Positions 37,283 to 54,224 of a stretch of 64,000 nt of DNA are shown here, piece after piece. Source of the DNA: Eledone cirrhosa (taxonomy: Eukaryota). The notes under the pieces are model-generated. The model saw only the letters and a list, made by a program, of their open reading frames with translations, had not been told where the DNA came from and did no database searches. The stretch spans positions 265,422,001 through 265,486,000 of the forward strand of contig OZ024743.1 of assembly GCA_964016885.1 (NCBI GenBank), written 5' to 3'. Every line of letters starts with the position of its first letter. The first letter of the stretch is position 1. A program made the translations under genes and the position numbers.

Positions 37283-40059
37283 ATATATATATGTGTATAT
37301 ATATATATATATGTGTGTATATATATATACACACACATATATGACTGTGCGTGTGTGAGTGAATGCGTGTGTGTCTATGTGTGTAGATATAAATCTCTTA
37401 GCGTGCACGCACACACGCGCACATTTATTAATTCCTTACACTTTGAAACTTCATTTGTTGGATCTACTAGGTTATCACATTTATTAAGTTAGAGCTTAAT
37501 TTGCTTTTCACATGTATGAAATGTACGATGGTATAGGAGACTAGCTGGCAGGGTCGTTAGAATGCTTTGTATTATTCGTTATCATTCTATGCATTTCTAT
37601 TTTAAAATTCGTCAGCTGTGCATTTCATCCTTTCAGGTTTGATAAATAAAAAGAACAAAACAGTACTACATTAAACTGTAATACCCCTCCCATCTCTTTA
37701 TTTCTCTTTCTATCTCTCTCTTTCTCTCTCTCTCTCTCCCTCTCCCTATCTCTCTCTATCTCTCGTTCTCTCTCTGTCTCTCTCTCTCTTTTTGGAAGAA
37801 CCCGGATGCTGTGAATCCTGGCAAGGGATGGTCTCCGCTACACTTAAATTCCAAAATTACGCTGGAACTTCTACGACACCGTTAACAGTTGGTGGCCTAA
37901 GGCAAGCATATGTATGTATGTACGTATATTTGAGTCAATATAGGTGTGTATGCTTGCTCTAATGCGTAAATAATCTCACATACAAAAGAACATGTGCCTA
38001 TCTAGTAATTGTTGTATAGTACAGTTCAATACTATTCCAGTTGAAACAGGATAAAAGTCATTCCACCGTAACAATTGACCTTCTTATAATCATATAATAT
38101 GTTGCTAGAAATTTCAATATTTAATGAGTATTCCCGTCATCCTTCTTTTAAGCTGATAGGATGGGATTTGACGGATTGTTCAAAATAAGCTAGATAAGTT
38201 AAACAAGGCGAATAAATAAGATGGGTCTAATCGATACAATGACATAATATTGGAGATGATTGAGTAACGCAAAATGTTTGAAGTGGGTATTTAAGTTCTT
38301 GGGTGTCACCTGTGAGGAGGAGTTAGCTTAGAGTTTAACCGCGTGAATGAATAGATTTATGAATAATTCATTGTTTCAAGTATAAGAGAGGTAAACATAT
38401 AGCAGATAGGCTAAAATGTATGTAGTATCCTTAAATAATCGGTTAAAGATTAAGCAGGATAAGTTACGGTACGTATCGAGAGAACACGTGATTCTATAAT
38501 GACATATGATAGGGATATATCAAAGCAACACGCGCAAGAAGTGGAGGGGATGTGTGTGTGTAATCATTCGTAGGTATGAATAACTACTCAGAATTATCGA
38601 ACAATTACTGGATAAGCAAGTTATGAGATAAGGTTATATTATACAAAATGAAACTTGGTTAAGTAGTTTGATAGTTAGGCCGCCAAACAATGTAAAAACT
38701 AGAGCTTAAAGGTTTGTAAAGGAATCATCTGGTGATAAATTCAAGTCTGATAATTATGATTACAGAGTCTCTGCACTGGTATAATTAATCGAAGTGCTTT
38801 AATAATCTAGCCAAGCAATCACCATGAAAATGAGTATCAGAACTGAAATTGTTGGAAATATTTTAGAATATTTTGATGGAAGTTGGGGAGATTAACACCC
38901 AGAAAAGTACAGATTATTTCAATTTTCTTGCATACTTTGTTGGCTCTGAAAATATATTTAAAAATTATTTAATGAAATATAATTGATGCTTTCATAGAAA
39001 GAAACCTGTGTAGGAATGTATTGTCAATCGTAGACCAAACACTTCCGTATTGACATGGGTCATTTTGGCTAAATCACCGCTAGTGAAAAAGAAAAAGGTG
39101 AATAGTTTATCCAAGGACTTTCAAGGATTTCGAAGATGATAATTTTGTAGATAGGCTCTTCAGCAATATTTATTCTATTTAAGCTTCCTTATATTCCAAC
39201 TATTTAAATCAATATCATTTGTTATTGGTGTTGTGTCAGATCCAATATAATATGTATATATTTATATGAAATGTGCCTGGTACGGACTAAGGCAAGACCC
39301 TATATCAGGATGATACTCGACGTATATTAGACGTGTCAATTGTATCGATCTGCAGAGAAGGCGGTAAGTAGACAGATAAATATGCAAACAGGCAAACAGA
39401 CAATTGCTCATCGGATAAATCTGGCCTTTCACATTTTTGATATTCTTAAAAATTAATCGCATGCTCGATATGGCAGCAAAATCTCCCCCATAGCATTTGC
39501 ATTTGCATCGTTAGTGAGAAAAAAAAAAGAAGATATTTAGCAGGTCTAAGACAAACTCAATGTTTCTCATATTTTCTTATAAATCTTCGAGCTCGTTTGG
39601 AACAACACATTTCCTACTTTCATAATATAATCGACGTTTCTAGAATTTCAAATCGTTTGGCTTAATCTTAAAGTCTCTTTTACTGTAGGAAGACGTACTT
39701 TATGTAATTTTCTGAAGTCGTTCTTTCGCCAGCACTGAATTGGCTGGCTTGCTGGTATTTGAAACTTAAAGCAAGTCACATGTTTATTACGTTTGCGTTG
39801 TTAGCTTGGAATAGTAGTTTGTGTATTGATTTTAGGATTGCTTTGCGATTTGAGTATCAGTTACATAATTAAACGTCTGATTTTGTTAGGAATTTGTTAT
39901 ATTATCCGTTAGTATTTGTAATCCAGCTTGTGTGATATATGGTGTAGTATGTTGCAATTTCTTCTAGTTGTATATGCATGGAAAAGCCATCTGATTCAAC
40001 TTAACTTTTAGCAGTACGACAAAGTAATAATATAGTAAGGCGAATATTTGAGTTTTGAA

Positions 40060-40200
40060 AGTAATTTCAACGAATGGGTGTTACTAAATAGAATATGAAT
40101 GGTACCAGTAATTTCATCGAATTGGATTTACTAAATAGAATATAAATGGTACAAGTAATTTCATCGAATTGGAGTTACTAAATAGAATATGAATGGTACT
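40060..40200. repeat. Minisatellite, 3 x 47 bp
   Basis: Units start at 40060, 40107 and 40154 (agtaatttca.cgaat.gg..ttactaaatagaatat.aatggtac). Confidence 0.92.
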
Positions 40201-40579
40201 GTCGAAGGTGTATGTTCAATGAAATGGAATATCTTTTTTTTTTTTTTTAGAAATTTATCAAGTACATTTAATATAATGAAACCTATGTGAATTATCAGAC
40301 CTGTAATTAATGGTATGGTCCGCTCTTAAGTAAAACACATGCCTGAGCATCTCAGCCCACATGGATGTAATGAGGTAGCATGTCGTGATATAACTCACTG
40401 AGTGAAACAGCGAAACTTCTGTAATGGTAATAAATGTTTCTTAGACTTGCAATGGTGAATTGATCCGTTCACCTTGTTGAATAAACCATTTTGTGTGTCG
40501 ATTCCACATATATTTCTGGAAACGCATTATAATACATTCCGACACATAAATTCACAAGTGTGTGTGTCTGTCTGCGTAT

Positions 40580-40617
<38 letters not shown>

Positions 40618-40899
40618 GTGCATGTATTAGATTGTGTTTTGGGGAAGTTGTAAATTCCCAAATAAACCAATGTTTACAATGACAATGAAAAGAGTATATG
40701 CATAACAATATTTTAATTTTATATACTGCACACAACCTAATCTATTGTACATCAAAATAAATACAATATATACACACCCCCAACACATACCCCCCCCCAT
40801 ATATATATACATATATGTATATTATATATATACATATAAATATATGTATATATTTATATGTATATATGTATGTATATATTATGTTTATATATATATATG

Positions 40900-40972
<73 letters not shown>

Positions 40973-41094
40973 TTATATATTTATATATATATATATAGAT
41001 ATAGATAGGTAAATATACACGGGTGTGTATGATTGTGTATAGAAGATTATATTAGTAAGAGGAATTCCAACTTTGTCTGATTTACTCGTTTTAT

Positions 41095-41786
41095 TTACAA
41101 TCCTTTAAAATATATAATGGTATTATAATGAAATAGTATATCTCCGATCCATAGTTCTCGTAGTTTTTCACCTGTAATACCAGTCGTTAGCTTTGAAATT
41201 TCAACTTCAATTTGGTCATCAATAGCTTCATATTTGGCTTTGTAGCGGGATTGTTTACATTCAGAAATGGAGATGTCGGTCCTGAATTTTGTCAATGTAA
41301 GTTCCTATCGGAGTTTTGTTTCTTCTTCTGGTTCTCCTGCAATTTCTGTAATTAGGTATTTACGAGGGAGTATGGGTGCCGTTAGAGAGAGCCATTTCGA
41401 ATGTGTTTCGACATATTTTTCGCATCTTTATGCTTTCCAGAAATTTGTTTTCTTATGTTAAGGAATTTTTTCCATGTCTTCCACATTTCTTTTCTCATTC
41501 GATGCGTTTTGTTTTGCAAATTTCTTTCGTTTATTTCTGACATCCAAGGGGGTAGTGGTAGGCTTTCTCTTGTATCTTTGATAACTGTTGGTATAATTTC
41601 AGCTAAATTCTTAACTTCAGAGTTTATATGTTCAGATATAAGTTTTCCGTCTGTGGATTGTTTTTCTATTTCCTTTAAAATAGAGGATTGTGTGTCCATC
41701 ATCGTGATAAGTGTTGATAATTTCGATGATATTTCCTTTAGAATTCTTTCTGATTCTGTTGGTTTCATTTGTTGCTTTCCAGACAT
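41095..41786 (-). pseudogene. Disrupted coiled-coil-like ORF in a TA-flanked island, probably retroelement ORF1-like
   Basis: The 134-aa and 66-aa ORFs can be joined across a frameshift and stops. Composition is protein-like, but no family motif was recognised. Confidence 0.4.
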
Positions 41787-41792
41787 GTTGAC

Positions 41793-43955
<2,163 letters not shown>

Positions 43956-44272
43956 TTACTCTTTTACTCTTTTACCTGTTTCAGCCATCCGGCTGAGGCT
44001 ATGCTGGGGCACCGCCCTTGTTGCTACACGTTTTATCTCCAGCCTGTATAGGTTGGCCACTGGTGTAGGAGGGAGTTTGTTGCTGCTGCCCTTAGGTTTC
44101 CCTCGTGTCTTGCTGTGGGCTCATCCGGGATCCTGGATAACAAGGTGTCGAGATGTTTCTTAAAGACATCCACCTCCACGTCATGCAAGTATCGCAGATG
44201 CCTCGGCAGCCTGTTGAAGAGTTGAGGGCCCTTGAATCCCAGGCTATTGCAATACCTGCTCCTTATTCTAGA
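43956..44272 (-). mobile_element. CR1-group LINE 3' end (second family) with (AAAAGAGT)n tail
   Basis: Translates to [42 protein letters not shown], homologous to the C-terminus of the 45106 and 47952 copies. A 3' stem-loop and octamer tail follow. Confidence 0.8.
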
Positions 44273-44274
44273 TG

Positions 44275-44447
<173 letters not shown>

Positions 44448-44500
44448 GTATATATATATATATATGTATATATATATGTATATATATGTATATATATATG

Positions 44501-44572
<72 letters not shown>

Positions 44573-44584
44573 TATATGTTTATT

Positions 44585-44692
<108 letters not shown>

Positions 44693-44952
44693 GGTTTGAG
44701 GTTCACCACTGTATAGAGCTGGTCTATTCCGTATGGTCAATCGTAATGCAATAATATAGAGAGTACTCAACGTAAAGCAGTTCAACCGTCTTTGTTTTTG
44801 TAGTTGGTGGTGCTATTACGGAGTTAAATATTATAATGAAATGACAGGAGGCTGGATTTGTGTAAATCCTTGAAAGGTTTATTATACTATGATCATTTCA
44901 ATGACCGGGTTCCGTATGAATCCGGTGATATGTATATATATGTATATATATG

Positions 44953-44987
<35 letters not shown>

Positions 44988-45004
44988 ATATATGTATATA
45001 TATG

Positions 45005-45035
<31 letters not shown>

Positions 45036-45046
45036 GTATATATATG

Positions 45047-45081
<35 letters not shown>

Positions 45082-45105
45082 GTATATATATATATATATA
45101 TATAT

Positions 45106-46460
45106 GCTGAACTCCAACCAGCATGGATTCCGTAATGGAAGGGATTGCCTGACGCAACTACTGCATCACTTTGATGACATTTTGAGAGCTTGGGAGAGGG
45201 TTCCAACACTGATGTTATCTACCTTGATTTCAGCAAGGCCTTTGACAGGGTTGATCATAACATTCTACTGAGAAAGCTGTCCAATATTGGTGTCACTGGA
45301 AAGCTGCTGCAGTGGATCAAGAGCTTCCTGTCAAACAGAACCCAACATGTTGTAGTTGAGGGAGTCAAATCAAGCCCAGCCAAAGTCAGTAGTGGAGTCC
45401 CACAAGGCACTGTGTTGGGCCCACTTCTCTTCATCATCTATATTAATGACATCACTGACATCATCAAACACAGCAACATTAAAATTTTCGCTGATGATTC
45501 CAAGCTCCAAAAGGTCATCAATGGCGTGGATGACCGGATAAGCCTTCAGTCAGACCTACTGGCTGTTACCCAATGGGCAGAAAAGAACAACATGTTACTG
45601 AACGAAGACAAATTCGAACTGATCCACTTTGGAAAAGAGGATGCTCTGAAACTCCCGTACTCCCTTCCCTCCGGGGAAACTCTCGTGGCATCTATCAACA
45701 TCAGAGACTTGGGAGTAACCGTGGACAGCAACATAAGCTGGACCACGCATATAAGCAGCAAAGTTGACATGGCCCGCAGAATGTGTTCCTGGATCCTCAG
45801 AACCTTCCAGTCGAGAGATTCCCGCACAATTATCCTTCTTTTCTCTACCTTCGCCCGACCACACCTTGAATACTGTTGTCCACTGTGGTCTCCCCACACG
45901 AAACAAAGTATCATGAAACTTGAAGCTCCTCAAAGGGCAATCACGAAAAAGATAGATGGCATGTCAGACCTTGACTACTGGGGTCGATTGGAAAACCTGA
46001 AACTTTACTCACTCCAACGTCGCCGTGAGCGTTATATTATCTGCATGATGTGGAAAATGTTCCATCATCACTGCCCAAATGATGTTGGCATCGCCTTCAA
46101 GATACACCCAAGGCTTGGGCCCCGTGCTATCCGCCCCATTCAAAAATCTAAATCGCAACTCATAACAACAATACGGCACAATTATTTCACCTCAATCGGC
46201 CCTGCTCTCTTCAACATCACACCAGGACACGTCAAAACAGAAACTGACCACACAAAATTCAAGAAGTCTTTGGACAAATTCCTCCAAGTAATACCGGACA
46301 AACCACCCACACCCGGATATGTCTCCGCAAACAGTAATTCTCTTCTCGAATGGGCCATGGTGCCCAAATCCTGAATTGAAAGACTTCGCCAGGTGGTGCT
46401 ATTAAGTTAGACATGGCCTGGGCCAATACTGGCCAAAACATTTCAAAGTTATTCAAAGTT
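45106..46460 (+). mobile_element. CR1-group (Jockey superfamily) LINE, 5'-truncated, copy 1
   Basis: RT motifs [36 protein letters not shown] and RPHLEY, with stop at 46374. It ends ttcaaagtt x2, is TA-flanked and has a 1-bp deletion near 45188. Confidence 0.93.
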
Positions 46461-46543
46461 ATATATATATATATATGTATATATATATACATATATATGT
46501 ATATATATATGTATATATATATGTATATATATATATGTATATA

Positions 46544-46586
<43 letters not shown>

Positions 46587-46905
46587 GTATATATATATAT
46601 GTATATATATATATATGTATATATATATATGTATATATATATGTATATATGTATATATGTATATATATGTATATATATGTATATATATGTATATATATGT
46701 ATATATATGTATACATATGTATATATATGTATATATATGTATATATATGTATATATGTATATATATGTATATATATGTATATATATGTATATAATGTATA
46801 TATATGTATATATATGTATATATATATGTATATATATATGTATATATATATGTATATATATATATATGTATATATGTATATATATATGTATATATATATA
46901 TATAC

Positions 46906-46957
<52 letters not shown>

Positions 46958-46980
46958 GTATATATATATATATACATATG

Positions 46981-47056
<76 letters not shown>

Positions 47057-47126
47057 CATATGTATATATATATATACATATGTATATATATATATATATA
47101 CATATGTATATATATATATACACATG

Positions 47127-47201
<75 letters not shown>

Positions 47202-47224
47202 GTATATATATATATGTGTATATA

Positions 47225-47261
<37 letters not shown>

Positions 47262-47400
47262 TTATGTATATATATGTGTATATATATATATATATACATA
47301 TGTATATATATGTGTATATATATATATATATATATACATATGTATATATATATATATATATATATACATATGTATATATATATATATATATATACATATG

Positions 47401-47457
<57 letters not shown>

Positions 47458-47564
47458 GTATATATATATATGTATATATATATATGTATATATATATATG
47501 TATATATATATATGTATATATATATGTATATATATATGTATATGTATATATATATATGTATATA

Positions 47565-47611
<47 letters not shown>

Positions 47612-47672
47612 GTATATATATATGTATATATATATGTATATATATATGTATATATATATGTATATATATATG

Positions 47673-47725
<53 letters not shown>

Positions 47726-47756
47726 GTATATATATATATATATATGTATATATATG

Positions 47757-47787
<31 letters not shown>

Positions 47788-47798
47788 GTATATATATG

Positions 47799-47829
<31 letters not shown>

Positions 47830-47850
47830 GTATATATATGTATATATATG

Positions 47851-47881
<31 letters not shown>

Positions 47882-47886
47882 GTATG

Positions 47887-47951
<65 letters not shown>
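46461..47951. repeat. Interrupted (TA)n array between the duplicated LINE copies
   Basis: Directly visible. It carries distinctive interruptions: ataatg, cacatg, tattta and cttatg. Confidence 0.97.
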
Positions 47952-47953
<2 letters not shown>

Positions 47954-49307
47954 TGAACTCCAACCAGCATGGATTCCGTAATGGAAGGGATTGCCTGACG
48001 CAACTACTGCATCACTTTGATGACATTTTGAGAGCCTTGGGAGAGGGTTCCAACACTGATGTTATCTACCTTGATTTCAGCAAGGCCTTTGACAGGGTTG
48101 ATCATAACATTCTACTGAGAAAGCTGTCCAATATTGGTGTCACTGGAAAGCTGCTGCAGTGGATCAAGAGCTTCCTGTCAAACAGAACCCAACATGTTGT
48201 AGTTGAGGGAGTCAAATCAAGCCCAGCCAAAGTCAGTAGTGGAGTCCCACAAGGCACTGTGTTGGGCCCACTTCTCTTCATCATCTATATTAATGACATC
48301 ACTGACATCATCAAACACAGCAACATTAAAATTTTCGCTGATGATTCCAAGCTCCAAAAGGTCATCAATGGCGTGGATGACCGGATAAGCCTTCAGTCAG
48401 ACCTACTGGCTGTTACCCAATGGGCAGAAAAGAACAACATGTTACTGAACGAAGACAAATTCGAACTGATCCACTTTGGAAAAGAGGATGCTCTGAAACT
48501 CCCGTACTCCCTTCCCTCCGGGAAAACTCTCGTGGCATCTATCAACATCAGAGACTTGGGAGTAACCGTGGACAGCAACATAAGCTGGACCACGCATATA
48601 AGCAGCAAAGTTGACATGGCCCGCAGAATGTGTTCCTGGATCCTCAGAACCTTCCAGTCGAGAGATTCCCGCACCATTATCCTTCTTTTCTCTACTTTCG
48701 CCCGACCACACCTTGAATACTGTTGTCCACTGTGGTCTCCCCACACGAAACAAAGTATCATGAAACTTGAAGCTCCTCAAAGGGCAATCACGAAAAAGAT
48801 AGATGGCATGTCAGACCTTGACTACTGGGGTCGATTGGAAAACCTGAAACTTTACTCACTCCAATGTCGCCGTGAGCGTTATATTATCTGCATGATGTGG
48901 AAAATGTTCCATCATCACTGCCCAAATGATGTTGGCATCGCCTTCAAGATACACCCAAGGCTTGGGCCCCGTGCTATCCGTCCCATTCAAAAATCTAAAT
49001 CGCAACTCATAACAACAATACGGCACAATTATTTCACCTCAATCGGCCCTGCTCTCTTCAACATCACACCAGGACACGTCAAAACAGAAACTGACCACAC
49101 AAAATTCAAGAAGTCTTTGGACAAATTCCTTCAAGTAATCCCGGACAAACCACCCACACCCGGATATGTCTCCGCAAACAGTAATTCTCTTCTCGAATGG
49201 GCCATGGTGCCCAAATCCTGAATTGAAAGACTTCGCCAGGTGGTGCTATTAAGTTAGACATGGCCTGGGCCAATACTGGCCAAAACATTTCAAAGTTATT
49301 CAAAGTT
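47952..49307 (+). mobile_element. CR1-group LINE, 5'-truncated, copy 2 (open frame to 49221)
   Basis: Same 5' truncation point and 3' end as copy 1, with about 8 differences seen by eye. Confidence 0.93.
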
Positions 49308-49764
49308 ATATATATATATATATGTATATATATATACATATATATGTATATATATATGTATATATATATGTATATATATATATGTATATATATATGTATA
49401 TATATATATGTATATATATATGTATATATATATGTATATATATATATGTATATATATATATATGTATATATATATATGTATATATATATGTATATATGTA
49501 TATATGTATATATATGTATATATATGTATATATATGTATATATATGTATATATATATGTATATATATGTATATATATGTATATATATGTATATATATGTA
49601 TATATGTATATATATGTATATATATGTATATATATGTATATATATGTATATAATGTATATATATGTATATATATGTATATATATATGTATATATATATGT
49701 ATATATATATGTATATATATATATATGTATATATGTATATATATATGTATATATATATATATAC

Positions 49765-49810
<46 letters not shown>

Positions 49811-49833
49811 GTATATATATATATATACATATG

Positions 49834-49917
<84 letters not shown>

Positions 49918-49980
49918 TATGTATATGAAATATATGAAATATGAAATATAAGAATCAAAGAACTGTTCAAAACATTATTG

Positions 49981-50027
49981 TGCTTACAGCTGTTTCCTCC
50001 AAACCGAGGTTTGGGTTCTTCGGAGCA
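49981..50027 (-). ncRNA. Hammerhead-like motif in the inverted pLTR
   Basis: Reverse complement of 51469-51515. Confidence 0.55.
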
Positions 50028-51468
50028 ATTTATTAATGCATGGACAGTTATATGACCTCCCCTTCAGCCGAGAGACATACCAATACATATTCAAACATTG
50101 ATACATATTCAAACATTGTGGGTCAACATTCATTACAGAATTTAGAGTGGCAGTACACACTTCGAGATTACATTTATATTAATAGGTACAATCAAAAATC
50201 AAAGATATAGGTTAAAGTACAACATGAAGATAAGTGGTTATATAGTGCAAATGTTATATGTGTGGCACGCATGTGCGTCTTGTTTATATAGTGTGGCAGA
50301 GAGATATGTGTGGTAGAGGCACTTAGGTAGGTAAATAAGAGTGTTAGGTTGGTAGATCTGGTGGCAAAGTCTTTATATGATTGATATAGTCTGTGTGTGG
50401 AGAAATATTATGAGCATTAAAGATAGTGCAAGCATTAAAAGTGTTATAAGTATTGGAGATGCACAGCGCAGGGATGTCAAGTAATTCATGTACTTCGGTA
50501 TTTTCATGGTCAAGGGAGTGTATATTTCGATTATATGCCTTTCACATAATCCACGACAATCCAGTTAGAGATCGTAGTCTGGTGTTCTTTAGTTCGATAC
50601 AGGAGGTTGTTACGTTTCGAGAGACGCCATTGAATACCGGAAGTGTGTGTGTGGCTAAGGGGAGTTAATGCATGCGGGGAGGTAACTCTGGGGTTTCTAT
50701 ATCTAGCCATTAAAATGTGTCCCAATATAGACCCTGAATTCTATGGTGAGGTGCACCTTCCAAGAGAGACTTTTAAAGCATAAAGTGTACTAACTATAGA
50801 GTAGTTTAACTAAATTATGCTGAAGGTGATCATATTATTATTAAGGTGGATTAACCCATCTTAAGGTGCTACAAATGGAAATTATAGATGATGAGCGAGG
50901 ATTCTAAATTAATGATCTCTGTGGTTGTAGTCTGCTCATATGACCAGGCGCGGTGATTGCAGGAATCGAAATATACACTCCCTTGACCATGAAAATACCG
51001 AACTACATGAATTACTTGACATCCCTGCGCTGTGCATCTCCAATACTTATAACACTTTTAATGCTTGCACTATCTTTAATGCTCATAATATTTCTCCACA
51101 CACAGACTATATCAATCATATAAAGACTTTGCCACCAGATCTACCAACCTAACACTCTTATTTACCTACCTAAGTGCCTCTACCACACATATCTCTCTGC
51201 CACACTATATAAACAAGACGCACATGCGTGCCACACATATAACATTTGCACTATATAACCACTTATCTTCATGTTGTACTTTAACCTATATCTTTGATTT
51301 TTGATTGTACCTATTAATATAAATGTAATCTCGAAGTGTGTACTGCCACTCTAAATTCTGTAATGAATGTTGACCCACAATGTTTGAATATGTATCGATG
51401 TTTGAATATGTATTGGTATGTCTCTCGGCTGAAGGGGAGGTCATATAACTGTCCATGCATTAATAAAT

Positions 51469-51515
51469 TGCTCCGAAGAACCCAAACCTCGGTTTGGAGG
51501 AAACAGCTGTAAGCA
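51469..51515 (+). ncRNA. Hammerhead-like motif (variant core CCGAAGA) in the 5' pLTR
   Basis: tgct-CCGAAGA-ac ccaaacc tc ggtttgg ag-GAAA-cagctg-TA-agca, with a palindromic stem III. Confidence 0.6.
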
Positions 51516-51764
51516 CAATAATGTTTTGAACAGTTCTTTGATTCTTATATTTCATATAACTGCTCTGTAAATCATCTGATGTTTTTACATTGAGCTACTT
51601 AACTTACTGGTAATAAGGTAGTAATACATTACTGCCTACCACTATTTAGGGTGTGTGTAAAATACTTACAACTGCTTAAGGTTTTGTGTTTACATAACCA
51701 TAAATAGTATAACTAATACTATTAACTGCTCCATATCGTTGAGCTGACATATAATATTGCCAAT

Positions 51765-54224
51765 ATGCTAATCAAAGACCAACTCCCCATGTCAACCAAG
51801 AACATACCAATACCATCCAGGAATACATATGAGAAATTGCTGATCAACAGTGTAAATTCATTTATCAATAGAGTGAGATGGAGGACATTCCATTATGATA
51901 GAAACAAATCTAACAACTTGAATAATACTAACAATTTTGACTCCTTCGGCTTTAAAACCTTTAAAAGCCCCCCTCATAACACTCTACTTAACTCCTTTGA
52001 AAATGACCTAGTTAAACTAGTTAAGAACATTAAATACAATAAGCACCATATTAGAAGCAACACCTTCTTAAACAAACTTAACACTTCTATTAGTGGATTC
52101 AAAACTAGTAATAAAATTATTGTACACGCAGATAAAACTAATAACATATACAGCCTAGATTATATTACTTATAGAAAGTTTATATATAATGAACTACATA
52201 AAAGCTACAAAAAAACCACCTTGAAAAACTTAGAAGATATTAATGTAGAGGGTTATAATATAGTGTCTAAACTAGGACTACAGAGGCATACACAACCTTT
52301 CACTCCGAACCCCCCTAGATTCTCTCTGAAGGACCATAAGGAGAACTTCATCAGCAACCCCACGATAAGACTTATCTGCCCTTCCAAGTCCGACATTGGT
52401 ATTATCAGCAAGAAGATTTTGGATAAAATCATCCCACAAATTAAACACAAGATACACCTTAAACAATGAGGAAATACGGGTGAAGTAATTGAATGGTTTA
52501 AGGATATCAAGAATAATAAGAACAAAAAATTTATTCAATTTGATATCAATTCATACTACACCTCTATTTCCCCTATCCTATTAAATAAGGCACTTATCAT
52601 GGCCATGACCAATAGCGACCTGACTAGAGCCCAGGTTGATGTCATCCTTGCGGCCCGTAAAACCATAATCACCTTCGAGGACCAACTATGGACACGCAAG
52701 GATACGCACAACAACTTCGACATAACCATGGGATCTAGTGACTCGGCGCAGGTCACTGATTTGGTCGGCCTATACCTCCTCAATGAAATCCATAAAGACC
52801 TCCCTTACCTCAACGGTGGTTTGTACCGCGATGATGCACTTCTACTCATAGAATATAAAAAATTTAATATAGAAAGAACTAGAAAACAACTGCATAAGAC
52901 ATTCAAAAACTTTAACCTTAGTATCACCATGGACAAAAACACTAAAAATGTTAACTTCCTAGACGCCACACTATACCTAGACTCAAAAATATATACACCC
53001 TTCCATAAGCCTAATGAGAAACTTATTTACGTAGATACCAAGTCTAATCACCCTAGATCAATATTAAACTCTATCTCTAAGGGGGTGTCCAATAGAATCT
53101 CTAGTCTGTCCTATGACGCAAACATATTTAGCAAAAACTCACAATATTACAATCAAGCATTAGCTAACTCCGGCCATAATATAGAAATTGAGTTCCTACC
53201 TAAGAAAACACATAGCTACAACATCATCTCGCACAACGTGTCCATGAGGAAATCTAATAATAGGAATAGCAACCACAAGTACACCAAAGCGGAGGGTGCC
53301 ACCGGAAGTAACCATTACCATGGAAACTACTGTGAGGCCTTAGGAGGAAGCAACACACCAAACACTAAAAGCAAAAATAGAAGAAGAAATAATACATTTT
53401 TCAACCCTCCTTTCAACCTAAATGTCTCCACCAACATACCTAGGGCTTTCTTCTCACTACTAGATAAAAACTTCCCTCTAGGACACAAGTACCACAACCT
53501 CTTAAACAAAAACACCATTAAAATCTCATACTCCACGACGCCTAACTTAGCATACCACATAGCTAGCAGCAATAATAGTAAAATTAGTTCTTACTTCCAA
53601 CAAACAAAATCGCAACGGGATGCAAACCCTCTAAATACCACTGTAGCAAGCAACAATAGCAACGGCAGTAACAATAGAAATAACACTAGTATAAGTAATA
53701 ACACCAGGGTTGTCAACCTGAACACCCAAAATCCTATATCCACCACACAGACTTCCGCATTGCATTATAACCAGCGGACTAACGCACAGAATAATTGTAA
53801 CTGTAGAGCTAATAGAACCTGCCCTTTAGATAAAAAATGCCTAACCAAGGATGTCATATACTCATGCACAGTCACGACTAATAACTCTTCAGAAACCTAT
53901 GTAGGCTCCACTTCTAACTGCTTCAAAATTAGATATAACTCGCACATCCACTCGTTCAAAAAGCACAGCCTAGCCAACTCCACCTCACTTTCTAGCTACA
54001 TACACTATCTAAAATCTAAAAATAAACCATACACACTCAAATGGGAAGTGATAGGCAGCGCGACCTCGTACAAACCACCTAATAAATTCTGTAACCTCTG
54101 TATACTAGAGACACACAATATTATCTTCTCCAACCGTAACCTACTTAACAAAAAATCTGAGGTGTTTGCAACTTGCCAGCACCGCCTCAGACATTCCTTC
54201 CAAAACTTTAAGCCCTATATATAG
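51765..54224 (+). pseudogene. PLE polyprotein (RT + CxC linker + GIY-YIG), 820 codons with one in-frame TGA at 52467
   Basis: Motifs KNIPIPS..RVRW, LKDHK, QFDINSYYTSI, MGSSDSAQVTDL, LYRDD, VNFLD, CNCRANRTCPLDKKC, VIY..YVGST, CNLC..LLNKKSE. The two track ORFs are in the same frame. Confidence 0.92.

Noticed and set aside
38050-40020. Possible very old LINE remnant on the minus strand
   Set aside because: Only faint motif traces (WRP-like) were seen, which cannot be supported without an alignment.
40060-40200. CRISPR-like repeat array
   Set aside because: The 47-bp units are head-to-tail with no spacers, the context is eukaryotic and there are no cas genes.
52467-52469. In-frame TGA as selenocysteine (as in Naiad PLEs) or readthrough
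   Set aside because: The position aligns with W in the sister element (LWGNT), so a TGG>TGA nonsense change is simpler. It is a single TGA and I recognised no SECIS.
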